Positions 19,632-28,607 are shown, numbered from the stretch's first letter. The stretch is 64,000 bases of DNA from Minisyncoccota bacterium (GCA_009991965.1 JAACWQ010000002.1:81617-145616), one strand, 5' to 3'. Notes: generated from the sequence alone by a model not told the origin. Made by a program: numbers and translations.

Positions 19632-19935
19632 CAGTCTTGATATAATACTGCTAATTGCTTAATTTTAGATATTCTTGCGGTATATCAATGTTTTTTTGTG
19701 TCAATTCTACCACTATCGATCAAACTCATTACTATAATATATAGATATACTTGGATACCATTATTAATATTAAAATATCTTTTGATGTACAAATTTAAAT
19801 AATAAACATATCAAAAAATATCAATATATAAATTAATAACTCAATAAATTTTTCTGCAGGGGAATATTAGATCCTTACCTTTTTTTTGCTTGCAGTTATA
19901 ATCACAGGTATTGATCCGTATTTGTTACGGAACAA

Positions 19936-20514
19936 ATGCACGATGGATATATACGCATGAACATCCACCTCATGGGCTCTCTCTTTGATAATCAGGCTGG
20001 CTATGCCGAAATTGCCGCTATTCTAGAATCAGAAGGTCATCACTTTGTTACTCGGTATTATTTGGAAAGAACACCAAAAAAATTAGAGGCTGAAAAACCA
20101 GAAGAGATGGAGTTGTTTTACAAAAAAGTCTTAAGTTGGATAAAAAAGGCAGATTTTGTCATTTTTGAGGTCTCTAACCCTTGTGTAGAGGTTGGTTATG
20201 ATCTTTCTATTGTGCTTAGTATGTCAAAACCAGTGCTCGTACTGTATAACGCGGAAAAAGGCGCTGTTCCCTACGGACTGAGAGGTCTACACCTCGAAAA
20301 ACTACAAGTTTCCTCTTATACGGACAAGAATCTCAAAGAAGTTCTGCTCCAGGCGCTTGATTGGGCAAGCGAACTTGCAAATATTCGCTTTGATTTTCCC
20401 CTAGATGCTGAAGCAGCTGAATTTCTTGATGCAGCTGCAACAAAGAAACAAGTTTCTAGAGTGGCCTTTTTGCAGCAGTTGCTGGAAAAAGAGAAGATCC
20501 GGGGACGTGGATAG
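19936..20514 (+). CDS. DNPH1/nucleoside 2-deoxyribosyltransferase-like domain fused to a C-terminal ribbon-helix-helix domain
   Basis: ADFVIFEVSNPCVEVGYDLSIVLSMSKPVLVLY parallels the RCL/DNPH1 core ADVVVAEVTQPSLGVGYELGRAVAFNKRILCLF. C-terminal IRFDFPLDAEAAEFLDAAATKKQVSRVAFLQQLLEKE looks like an RHH. Confidence 0.5.
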   Translation: MHDGYIRMNIHLMGSLFDNQAGYAEIAAILESEGHHFVTRYYLERTPKKLEAEKPEEMELFYKKVLSWIKKADFVIFEVSNPCVEVGYDLSIVLSMSKPVLVLYNAEKGAVPYGLRGLHLEKLQVSSYTDKNLKEVLLQALDWASELANIRFDFPLDAEAAEFLDAAATKKQVSRVAFLQQLLEKEKIRGRG

Positions 20515-20517
20515 TTG

Positions 20518-21129
20518 CTACTGATTATTTTTTTGATGATCTCGGACCAATTTTCTGAAAAACTCCGATTTACTCTGATGTTCCGCCTTAGCTACCTGCG
20601 TGATGTACCTATTGAGTTCTGCCGAAATCAGGCAGTTGAACCGAATGGCATTTGGCAACTCGAGTGCATCTCTAATGGAAAGTCGCAGCACTTGTTCCAG
20701 GTCAATATTGCTGTATTCGCAATGCATTGGTCCCACTACGCCGGTCTCTTCCAAGAGAAACGGCGAGGTATTTTCTTGATAGAGGATGATAGTTGGCCTG
20801 TCTTGGTCAAGTGAGTGTTTGATAAAATGCGCCAACGTAAGACTTGGGTGAGTTGTTTCAAAAACACAAATGTCTGATGCGGCAATAGCCGCCAAACTAG
20901 TTTTATAAAAAGAATCTTTTTCTGCGCTGTTCCAGTCTGCAATAATTGCATTTTTGGTTTTTTCTAGATAACGCTCTGTAAGTTCAACTGGAAGCTTATG
21001 GAGAACTTGGTAGATGCGCGCAAATGCAGCGGGAAACATCGAACGTGTTTTGGGGCTGGTAGAAAAGAATATTTTTTTGTTCTCACCCATGGTGATTGAA
21101 TCTATAGTCTCTTGTGCGCTATCATACAA
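20518..21129 (-). CDS. paralogous DNPH1-like domain + C-terminal RHH protein (predicted catalytic Glu of the GYELG motif absent)
   Basis: IFFSTS N-terminus. SDICVFETTHPSLTLAHFIKHSLDQDRPTIILYQ core. C-terminal IRFNCLISAELNRYITQVAKAEHQSKSEFFRKLVRDH is RHH-like. Convergent with the previous gene, with stop codons 3 nt apart. Confidence 0.5.
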   Translation of the reverse strand: MYDSAQETIDSITMGENKKIFFSTSPKTRSMFPAAFARIYQVLHKLPVELTERYLEKTKNAIIADWNSAEKDSFYKTSLAAIAASDICVFETTHPSLTLAHFIKHSLDQDRPTIILYQENTSPFLLEETGVVGPMHCEYSNIDLEQVLRLSIRDALELPNAIRFNCLISAELNRYITQVAKAEHQSKSEFFRKLVRDHQKNNQ

Positions 21130-21132
21130 CAG

Positions 21133-21855
21133 ATGAGAAAAAATGAGTCCGGCTTTGTTGTCATTGTTACGATGCTTATTATGGTTGGCTTGATTAGTCT
21201 GGGTCTCTCAGTGGCCAACCAAAGTACTGAGGATACAGCCGAGTCTGGCGATGAATCTCAGGCAGTTCGTGTGTTTAATGCCGCCGAGGCTGGTGTTGAA
21301 GAATTGTTGTCTGCTCCTTTAGTAGATTCAGGTGCTATTTTGGATCGAGCAGATCAGTTCGATGGTTCAGACATTCGCTACAGAGTAATGGAGCAATATA
21401 CTCTCGAAACTCACTTGCTCGAGGGTGGCACCGCTACGATTGATTTGCCAGGTGGATATGCTGGAAATATTATTATAAATTGGGATAGTGCTGCCGCACT
21501 GTTGATTGCAATTTATACTGATGATGCCAGCGTACAAACAGTTCAATACGTAGGTGCTAATCCGTATACAGCTGTACGCATTGCTGGGTTCGATTCAGCA
21601 GCCAACGTTTCGAGTAAGAGTCGGTATCAATTCACTGCTCCAGCAAATACCAAAATGGTTCGTATTAAGTCATTGCTTGCTGCCACCAATCTCATCGTTG
21701 AATCAAGTTTCCCTGATCCGCAATATCACACTGTCCGCTCTGAGGCTACCGGCGCAGACGGTGTGACCAGAACTATCGAGGTAAATAAAACCATAGAAGT
21801 ACCTCCTGCAATCCTCGACTACGCCGTGTATAGTGGAGGAAGTATTACTAAATAA
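21133..21855 (+). CDS. PilX-like minor pilin / pilus assembly protein
   Basis: Hydrophobic N-terminal helix GFVVIVTMLIMVGLISLGLSV followed by FNAAEAGVEELL (PilX_N-like AEAGL motif). Sits upstream of pilMNO. Confidence 0.45.
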   Translation: MRKNESGFVVIVTMLIMVGLISLGLSVANQSTEDTAESGDESQAVRVFNAAEAGVEELLSAPLVDSGAILDRADQFDGSDIRYRVMEQYTLETHLLEGGTATIDLPGGYAGNIIINWDSAAALLIAIYTDDASVQTVQYVGANPYTAVRIAGFDSAANVSSKSRYQFTAPANTKMVRIKSLLAATNLIVESSFPDPQYHTVRSEATGADGVTRTIEVNKTIEVPPAILDYAVYSGGSITK

Positions 21856-21863
21856 GAATTACT

Positions 21864-22874
21864 ATGTCTGCTGCCCTAGCCATAGATATCGGTACATATA
21901 GCATCAAAGCCATCGCTGGTGAGCCTGGTGATGTTGTGCAAATTAAGCGCGTTGCCGAGGTTTTCAATACTACAGGCATGGCAGTGCCAACTGATGACGC
22001 TTCAGCATCAAAATTAGCCCAGATTATCGAAGCATTATTTACAGATTATAGTTTTCCCCGAGATAATGTACATCTCTCTTTACCAGAGACAGTTGTTTCT
22101 TCCAAGGTCATTAGTATTCCTCGTCTAAACGATTCGGAGTTAGCGTCTGCAATTGGCTGGCAAGCAGAACAGCATATTCCGATCCCACCAGACGAACTCT
22201 CTCTCGAGTACCAGGTGCTCTATCGACCAAAAAAGAATGAGCAAGCGCTGATGCGTGTCTTAATTGTTGGTGTACGCAAGCAAATTGTCGCCCAGTACCT
22301 CTCTGTTTTTGGCCAAATTGGGATTGAACCAGTCCATGTCGAGACACAAATGCTTTCGGTGTTGCGCTCGTTGCACTTTGTGCCAGAAGATCCCACCACG
22401 CTAGTGGTGCACTTTGGTGCTTCTAGTATGAATTTGCTGATGATGCATCAGGGTGAGCTACAGTTTGTATTGTCACAACTCAACGGTGGTCAATTATTGA
22501 CCAAAACTCTTGAACAACGGGTTGGACTAGATTCCGTGCAGGCCGAACAATACAAGCGTACCTATGGATTACGAACAGATCAATTTGAAGGTAAAGTCGG
22601 ACAGGCGTTACTCCCTGCTTTGCAAGTGCTGTTTGCAGAGGTAAAGAAAGCCATTCAGTTTTTTGTCAGTCAGCATCCACAAGCTGCGGTTGAGCGCGTG
22701 GTTCTCTCTGGTGGTTCATCATTATTGCCCGATCTGGTGCAGTACGTTGCCACTGAACTTGGGACAGAGGTACTTATAGCTGCCCCTTTTGCAAATGCCT
22801 CTGGAGAAATTCCCGAAAAAATCAATCAACCAGGGATGATTGTCTGCATGGGCTTGCTCTCGCAGACAAAGTAG
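21864..22874 (+). CDS. pilM: type IV pilus assembly protein PilM
   Basis: Actin-like ATPase N-terminus LAIDIGTYSIKAI. Around 336 aa. Confidence 0.8.
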   Translation: MSAALAIDIGTYSIKAIAGEPGDVVQIKRVAEVFNTTGMAVPTDDASASKLAQIIEALFTDYSFPRDNVHLSLPETVVSSKVISIPRLNDSELASAIGWQAEQHIPIPPDELSLEYQVLYRPKKNEQALMRVLIVGVRKQIVAQYLSVFGQIGIEPVHVETQMLSVLRSLHFVPEDPTTLVVHFGASSMNLLMMHQGELQFVLSQLNGGQLLTKTLEQRVGLDSVQAEQYKRTYGLRTDQFEGKVGQALLPALQVLFAEVKKAIQFFVSQHPQAAVERVVLSGGSSLLPDLVQYVATELGTEVLIAAPFANASGEIPEKINQPGMIVCMGLLSQTK

Positions 22875-22878
22875 CATC

Positions 22879-23445
22879 ATGCCAAGGAATATCAACTTTG
22901 TTCGTGACCGCCAACAAAAAGTAGCTCAGACTGAGCTTACTGATCAAAAAACTCTCATAGTTACGGTTAGTATATTTGCCGCTCTACTTGTTATCTCACT
23001 GGGTGCTACAGGTGTGGGTTGGTGGTTTGGAAATCAAGTGAAAACAGTTATTGCACAACAAAAATCTCAAGAATCTGCGATTGTGCAACAACAACCTATC
23101 GAGGAATCGTATACTATTTTTGCACACAAACTGCGAGTGCTCCGTGATTTATTTGGTAACCGCAAGAACAAACAGACGAGTATCAAATTTTTCAGCGAGT
23201 ACTTTGGTTCTGAGGTGATCGTGAGTCAACTGTCGTATGACAGCGAGGAAGAAGTTTTGACCTTTGTCTTGGACTCTAAAGATATTTTTGTGCTCAACAG
23301 TGTTTTTGAAAAATTGCAAAGTACTGAGCTGCGCACACTCTACCCTACTCTGCAGTATGGTGGTTTAAATCGTAGTGAGTCTGGGCGTTATGGATTGAAA
23401 CTCACAGTGACACTGCCGAAGTATGTCCTACAGAAAGCATCATGA
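22879..23445 (+). CDS. pilN: type IV pilus assembly protein PilN-like
   Basis: Single N-terminal TM followed by a coiled coil. Position is immediately after pilM. Confidence 0.55.
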   Translation: MPRNINFVRDRQQKVAQTELTDQKTLIVTVSIFAALLVISLGATGVGWWFGNQVKTVIAQQKSQESAIVQQQPIEESYTIFAHKLRVLRDLFGNRKNKQTSIKFFSEYFGSEVIVSQLSYDSEEEVLTFVLDSKDIFVLNSVFEKLQSTELRTLYPTLQYGGLNRSESGRYGLKLTVTLPKYVLQKAS

Positions 23446-24230
23446 AAGAAAAGAAGCCAAGTTTTAACCTCCACCTTTTCCTCCATATGCGCCAAAAACT
23501 CGTGATTGCAATTGGAGTTGGTTTTGCTGCAGCCCTAGTTGTATTTTTCCTTGGTGTGCCACAATTCCAAAAGATTTTCGAAACACAAGCCAAGCTCCAA
23601 AAGGAGACCACGCGTCTCAACAAGCTAAAGCAGAAATTAAGTGAGCTTGACAGTATCACGTATGAACCAGCATTTGGACAAGTTGCATTTATTTCAGAAA
23701 CGCTTCCATCCAAAAAACCACTCCTAGAATTGCTTACTAGTCTCTACGCGGTCACTCAAAAATCAGGTGTAGTAGTCGATGATTTTTCGATTAGTCCAGG
23801 TTTAGTGGCGACCACTGCAGCTGAGCTGAGCCAAGCGTCAAAGACGCAAACTGCTGGATATGACACCCTCGAGTTGAAGTTGTCTGTAACAGGTTCGTTT
23901 GAACAATTGCAAGACTTTATTTTATTGACCGAAACAGTGACTCCATTTACGACCATCACTTCGTTTGGCCTCAATGCCTCATTTGGTGAGACCACTGTAG
24001 ATGAAAAAGACAAGTTTACTGCTACGCTCGTTACCAATACGTTCTTTTTTACGAAGCCAATCTCTGTCTCGCTCGAGCAGGCACTGCCAAAACTTGCCGA
24101 GGAAGACTACATTGTATTATCTGAACTTTCTGGTTATGAACGTATTGAGTTGCCAGAACAATCCACCATTCTTGGCGGTGGTTCAATAGATTTCTTTCAA
24201 GTAGAGGGATTTACATTCCCAAGCAATTAA
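23442..24230 (+). CDS. type IV pilus assembly protein PilO-like
   Basis: N-terminal TM plus coiled coil (QAKLQKETTRLNKLKQKLSEL). 4-nt overlap with pilN. Confidence 0.45.
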   Translation: MKEKKPSFNLHLFLHMRQKLVIAIGVGFAAALVVFFLGVPQFQKIFETQAKLQKETTRLNKLKQKLSELDSITYEPAFGQVAFISETLPSKKPLLELLTSLYAVTQKSGVVVDDFSISPGLVATTAAELSQASKTQTAGYDTLELKLSVTGSFEQLQDFILLTETVTPFTTITSFGLNASFGETTVDEKDKFTATLVTNTFFFTKPISVSLEQALPKLAEEDYIVLSELSGYERIELPEQSTILGGGSIDFFQVEGFTFPSN

Positions 24231-24484
24231 GCTTCGGTTGATTCAGTTTCTGCAGGATCTTCAACAACAACGTGAGCGCGTATGCCCTCTTTGACTGCGC
24301 GAATACGACTAATATTTCGAATTGCTTGAATAACTGAGCCGCCTTTGCCAATGACGCGACCCATATCTTCTGGGTGAACGTGGATGACGAATTGTATAGT
24401 ATCGCCCGCTTCGCGCTCTGTAATAGAAACATCTTCTGGATGTTCAACTAGGTGGATAAGGATAAATTCGATGAGGTTTTTCAT
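24227..24484 (-). CDS. KH-domain RNA-binding protein (YlqC/UPF0109 family)
   Basis: GRVIGKGGSVIQAIR is the KH GXXG motif. Sits downstream of rpsP as in many bacteria. Confidence 0.75.
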   Translation of the reverse strand: MKNLIEFILIHLVEHPEDVSITEREAGDTIQFVIHVHPEDMGRVIGKGGSVIQAIRNISRIRAVKEGIRAHVVVEDPAETESTEA

Positions 24485-24813
24485 TCGCTTGCTGGAGTGA
24501 CGGCAACTTCTTTTTCCGCTTTTTGTTTTGCGACAGATTTTTTGGATAGTCGAGGTTTTTTGGGTGGAAATGGTGTTTTACTTGCGGCTCTCTTGGCGAG
24601 CGCAGCGACAGTTTCGGTTGGTTGCGCACCTTTGGCAAGCCACAGCTCATATGCCTTGAGATCAAGCTCCAAAATTTTTGGAGTTTGTGTTGGTGCGTAT
24701 TGGCCGAGCAATGCAGTGTACTGACCATCGCGCTTGGTGCGGGCTTCGTTTACAACGATACGAAAATGCGGTTGATTGCGTTTGCCAAATCGAGCTAATT
24801 TTATTTTTAACAT
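24481..24813 (-). CDS. rpsP: 30S ribosomal protein S16
   Basis: MLKIKLARFGKRNQPHFRIVV is the S16 N-terminus. Confidence 0.9.
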   Translation of the reverse strand: MLKIKLARFGKRNQPHFRIVVNEARTKRDGQYTALLGQYAPTQTPKILELDLKAYELWLAKGAQPTETVAALAKRAASKTPFPPKKPRLSKKSVAKQKAEKEVAVTPASE

Positions 24814-24864
24814 AGTGTTCTTTTTCCCACGAGGTCAGGATTATACGCTAGGGCTTTTATATTC

Positions 24865-25527
24865 TCAAGTCTTATACGCCTTCAGCGCTTTTTCTGCTGC
24901 ATCTTGCTGTGCCTGTTGTTTGCTTTTGCCGATGCCAGTTGCGGTAGCTTTGCCATCAATGCGAACAGCGACAGTAAATTCTTTATCGTGATCTGGTCCT
25001 CGCTCCTCTACTACCCGGTAGGTTGGTGCGGCGAGATCATTTGCTTGCACCATCTCTTGTAGTTCACTTTTTGCATCCTTATAGGTACCTTTTTTGAGAA
25101 TCGTATCGAACTCTACAAACAAGTGTTCATGCAAAAATGACTCGACCGCCGCAAAACCTGCATTGAGATACAGTGCGCCGACGAGTGCTTCAAAAGTATC
25201 GGCGAGTAAGCCATCATTGTCTCTGCCCCCAGATTCGGCTTCACCTTTACTCATGATGATCGCTTCACCAATTTCGAGTTTGCGGGCGACACGTGCCAAA
25301 GTTGTTGTTTTTACCAGGGCGCTGCGGTATGAGGTCAATGTTCCCTCGAGTTCTTGCGTAAATTTTTGATAGAGAAAATTGGTCGTCGCGAGTTCGAGTA
25401 CTGCATCACCGAGAAACTCCAAACGTTCGTTGGAATCGAGTCGCTGGTAGATGTCGTTTGCCGCCAGCGCGCTCCGATGTCGTAGGGCCTGTTCAAGTAA
25501 TTCTGGAGAAATATCGAGTTTGATCAT
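24865..25527 (-). CDS. rnc: ribonuclease III
   Basis: RNase III signature ERLEFLGDAVLEL. C-terminal dsRBD. Confidence 0.9.
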   Translation of the reverse strand: MIKLDISPELLEQALRHRSALAANDIYQRLDSNERLEFLGDAVLELATTNFLYQKFTQELEGTLTSYRSALVKTTTLARVARKLEIGEAIIMSKGEAESGGRDNDGLLADTFEALVGALYLNAGFAAVESFLHEHLFVEFDTILKKGTYKDAKSELQEMVQANDLAAPTYRVVEERGPDHDKEFTVAVRIDGKATATGIGKSKQQAQQDAAEKALKAYKT

Positions 25528-25532
25528 GAAAT

Positions 25533-25790
25533 TTAGCCGAGTTCGCTTTCCTCTGCAATCATTTGGGTAAATTCGCCCACAGTTTCAATCTCTTCTTCGA
25601 GTACTGTTTTGAGGCGTAAGTGAATGCCAAGTTTTTTGTTTAACTTGAGAATAACAAGTTCAATCTCATGTTCGCTCATCCCAAGATCGTCTTCAAACAA
25701 CGCATCAGCTACCACCTCTTCGAGATCGTTGCCAGTTGTGTCGGCAATTACTCGAGAAACGAGTGCCAGTAATTCGGCTGCTGCAGTCAT
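25533..25790 (-). CDS. acpP: acyl carrier protein
   Basis: DLGMSEHEIELVI resembles the phosphopantetheine-attachment region (DLGADSLD..E). Start taken at an internal Met. Confidence 0.6.
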   Translation of the reverse strand: MTAAAELLALVSRVIADTTGNDLEEVVADALFEDDLGMSEHEIELVILKLNKKLGIHLRLKTVLEEEIETVGEFTQMIAEESELG

Positions 25791-25806
25791 AAAAATCTTT
25801 CTAACT

Positions 25807-26163
25807 CTAACTAAGTAATAATTTTGCCAACACTCCATTCATAAATTTTGCTGAGCTGTCACCACCATAGGCTTTCGCGAGCTCAATCGCTTCGTCAACC
25901 AAAACTTTCTTTGGAGTCTCCTTGTGCTTTGATTCAAACATAATTAACCGCATGATTGCAAGGTCAAGTTTGGCTATCTGGGAGAGAGGTCGCTCTGGAG
26001 CAGCAGATTGGATCTCTATATCAAGCTCTGGCAATTCTTCCAGAATAGCTTGTAGTTCAGCTGTGTGCTCGGGAAACTCGATACGATCGAGAGAGACGCC
26101 GGAAAAAGTGCACGCAAACAAATCCTGCAGGAGCGCCCTGCGTGCTTTATGACGTCCATCCAT
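25807..26163 (-). CDS. nusB: transcription antitermination factor NusB
   Basis: ARRALLQ..F N-terminus. Conserved [12 protein letters not shown] segment. 118 aa. Confidence 0.8.
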   Translation of the reverse strand: MDGRHKARRALLQDLFACTFSGVSLDRIEFPEHTAELQAILEELPELDIEIQSAAPERPLSQIAKLDLAIMRLIMFESKHKETPKKVLVDEAIELAKAYGGDSSAKFMNGVLAKLLLS

Positions 26164-26166
26164 ACA

Positions 26167-26523
26167 TTATCCCTTGTGCTGTGTTTGGCGACGCGCTTTT
26201 GTTCTCACGGCCCCAACTGGTTTTGCAGCTTTGTTTGTTACAGCTGCTGCGGTCTGAGCAACACTTGTCTTGGTCGGTGCAACTTTTGCAACTACTGGTG
26301 TTTTTTCTTGTGATAAACCAACGCTACGCAAAATGCTTGCAACAATGCCGCGTTTGTATGGCGGGATGCTTGCTATATTGGTATCTTTGGTTATCTTTGG
26401 TTTATTGCCAGCACGACGTTTGCCGCGTTCGACTCTAGTTATTTTATTTTTTGGTAGTGCGCCCATGATTGCCTTTCCTAAGCACTCGATTGTACCGCCT
26501 GGTGCGAAAACTGGCAAGCTCAA
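26167..26523 (-). CDS. hypothetical basic protein
   Basis: 118 aa, rich in Lys, Arg and Ala. No motif recognised. Confidence 0.4.
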   Translation of the reverse strand: MSLPVFAPGGTIECLGKAIMGALPKNKITRVERGKRRAGNKPKITKDTNIASIPPYKRGIVASILRSVGLSQEKTPVVAKVAPTKTSVAQTAAAVTNKAAKPVGAVRTKARRQTQHKG

Positions 26524-26534
26524 ACTATATATGT

Positions 26535-28505
26535 CTAATTTGCAGTAGCAAGCAACGGTTTTTGATCAAGGAAAAGTGAAGAACGCCAGGTTTGTGGCAG
26601 TTGTTCTTCGATTACTCTTGCTTGACTGAGGAGTGTCAAATTTGTCCACGAGGCAAAACGTAAAAATGAGAAACCGTGTTGGGCTGTACTGAATAGGTTA
26701 CCCGCTCCACGATTTGCCAAATCGAACTCAGCGAGTTTGTGTCCATCTGTTGTGGTGAGTAGCTGTTGTAACCGCTTTGTGTTCGCTTGCCCAGCACTGC
26801 TGGTAAACAAATAACAGTAGCCCTGTTGTCCCGCTCGCCCAACGCGTCCGCGCAGTTGATGTAGACTGGCCAGACCATACTGCTCTGCCGATTCGATCAC
26901 CAGCGCACTTGCCTGTGGTAAGTCGATCCCGACCTCAACAATCGGCGTGCTGACGAGCACGTTTATCTCCTGCGCAAATAATTTGGCCAAAATCTCTTGC
27001 TGCTCTGCTGGGGATTGTCGGCCGTGGAGGATGCCAACCTTATATTTTGGACCAAACCGTTTTTTAATTTCCTTAAACCGTACATTGGCAGCCGCAATTT
27101 GTGCCAGACCGGGTTCTTTGGATTGATCGATAAAAGGACAAACGAGAATTGCAAGATATTGCGGGTTTTCTGCAACTTGTGTCTCGATCCAGTCGTAGAG
27201 TTTGGCGCGTTTGGCTGCCGGCAAAATCCAGGTTTTTGTTGGAATACGATCGAGTGGCAACTCGGTGATTTGTGAGTGATCAAGGTGAGCAAACAGACTC
27301 AGACTGAGCGAGCGTGGAATTGGCGTGGCTGTCATTGTTAATCGATGCGAAATGAGCTTGCTTTCTGCGAGTCGTTGCTTGACACCAAAACGATGCTGCT
27401 CATCGTAGATCAGGAGTACTGGGTTGATTTCTGCTAACAGTGAAAAGAGTGCGTGGGTGCCGACAAAAAATTGTGGTTTATCGAGTATCACTTTTTTGCG
27501 CTGGGCGCTCGTGACGAGTGTAACTGGCACATCGGGAAAGAGCTTTTTGAGCGTTTTGGCGTGTTGTTCTGCGAGCACCTTGGTTGGTGCCACCAGACAA
27601 GCGCTAAGCCCTTGATTGATGACCTGACGCGCTGCAATGCCAGCAACTACAGTTTTGCCAGAGCCGACGTCGCCCGTAAGCAAACGATTCATCGGTTGTG
27701 TGCGTCCGATATCGACCAAAATTTCTCCGATCGTTGTCTGCTGTGAGGCAGTGAGGGTAAACGGAATACTGGGTGGGATGATTGGCTTAGACTCCTTGAT
27801 CGCCGGGGCACTGTGTAGTTTTGCCCAGAGTGCTTTACTTTTTTTTGCCTGGCGAATCAGAGTGACAAGTTCTTCTGCTGCGAGACGTTCTCTGGCGGTG
27901 ATGACTAATTCTTCATCAGAGGGAAAGTGCAACTCACTTAGTGCCGTTCGCAAACTTGGCAATTTTTGTCCTGCAAACAGTGACTCATGAGGAGCAGTTT
28001 CTTTGTCTAAAAATTCGAGTATATGTTTACACAATCGACGCACTCTCCCCTGCTGGATCCCAAGCGTGCTGGTGTAGATTGGTACCAGTCGATTTGTGTG
28101 AATCGTATTGTCGGAAATTTTTTCAAAACTGGGATGGACCATACCACCACGCGAACCAACGCTACCGCTAAAAAAATATTCCTGCCCTTTGATGAGGCTC
28201 TGCGTAATATGGTGGGCATTGAACCAGAGAAGATCAAGTTTGCCCGTCGCGTCAGAAATGGTCGCTCGCTGAATAGATCTACCGCCGCGAAAGTAATTAC
28301 TGGTGTTTACGACAGTGCCGCGAATGGTGAGCGACTCGCCCGGAAGGGCCTCCGCGATGAGGACCTGTTTGGAAAGATCGTTGTAGCGATTTGGCAACTG
28401 AAGCAAAAGATCACGAACGAACAACAGGCCATGCTCGCTAAATGTCGCTTGGAGTTGCGGTCCGATGCCTTTGACCGCTGCGAGTGGTGTATCGAGACGA
28501 TACAT
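26535..28505 (-). CDS. recG: ATP-dependent DNA helicase RecG
   Basis: Walker A LLTGDVGSGKT. DEQHRFG (DEAH-type). Helicase motif VI QLRGRVGRAG. N-terminal wedge domain. Confidence 0.9.
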   Translation of the reverse strand: MYRLDTPLAAVKGIGPQLQATFSEHGLLFVRDLLLQLPNRYNDLSKQVLIAEALPGESLTIRGTVVNTSNYFRGGRSIQRATISDATGKLDLLWFNAHHITQSLIKGQEYFFSGSVGSRGGMVHPSFEKISDNTIHTNRLVPIYTSTLGIQQGRVRRLCKHILEFLDKETAPHESLFAGQKLPSLRTALSELHFPSDEELVITARERLAAEELVTLIRQAKKSKALWAKLHSAPAIKESKPIIPPSIPFTLTASQQTTIGEILVDIGRTQPMNRLLTGDVGSGKTVVAGIAARQVINQGLSACLVAPTKVLAEQHAKTLKKLFPDVPVTLVTSAQRKKVILDKPQFFVGTHALFSLLAEINPVLLIYDEQHRFGVKQRLAESKLISHRLTMTATPIPRSLSLSLFAHLDHSQITELPLDRIPTKTWILPAAKRAKLYDWIETQVAENPQYLAILVCPFIDQSKEPGLAQIAAANVRFKEIKKRFGPKYKVGILHGRQSPAEQQEILAKLFAQEINVLVSTPIVEVGIDLPQASALVIESAEQYGLASLHQLRGRVGRAGQQGYCYLFTSSAGQANTKRLQQLLTTTDGHKLAEFDLANRGAGNLFSTAQHGFSFLRFASWTNLTLLSQARVIEEQLPQTWRSSLFLDQKPLLATAN

Positions 28506-28607
28506 GTGTTTTAAAAGAGTGCCAACAAACCACCGCCGACGGTGCTGAGTAACATGCCGATGATGGCAATAATTACAAAGGTGTTAATGATGCGTTGGCG
28601 GGCTTTT

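Larger units (their letters stand above)
17625..21130. mobile_element. putative integrated islet (AT-rich non-coding DNA, tyrosine recombinase and two DNPH1-like/RHH genes)
   Basis: A 1053-nt AT-rich non-coding gap, a xerC/D-type recombinase, a 304-nt AT-rich gap and two atypical convergent genes lie between housekeeping blocks. No flanking direct repeats confirmed by eye. Confidence 0.25.
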
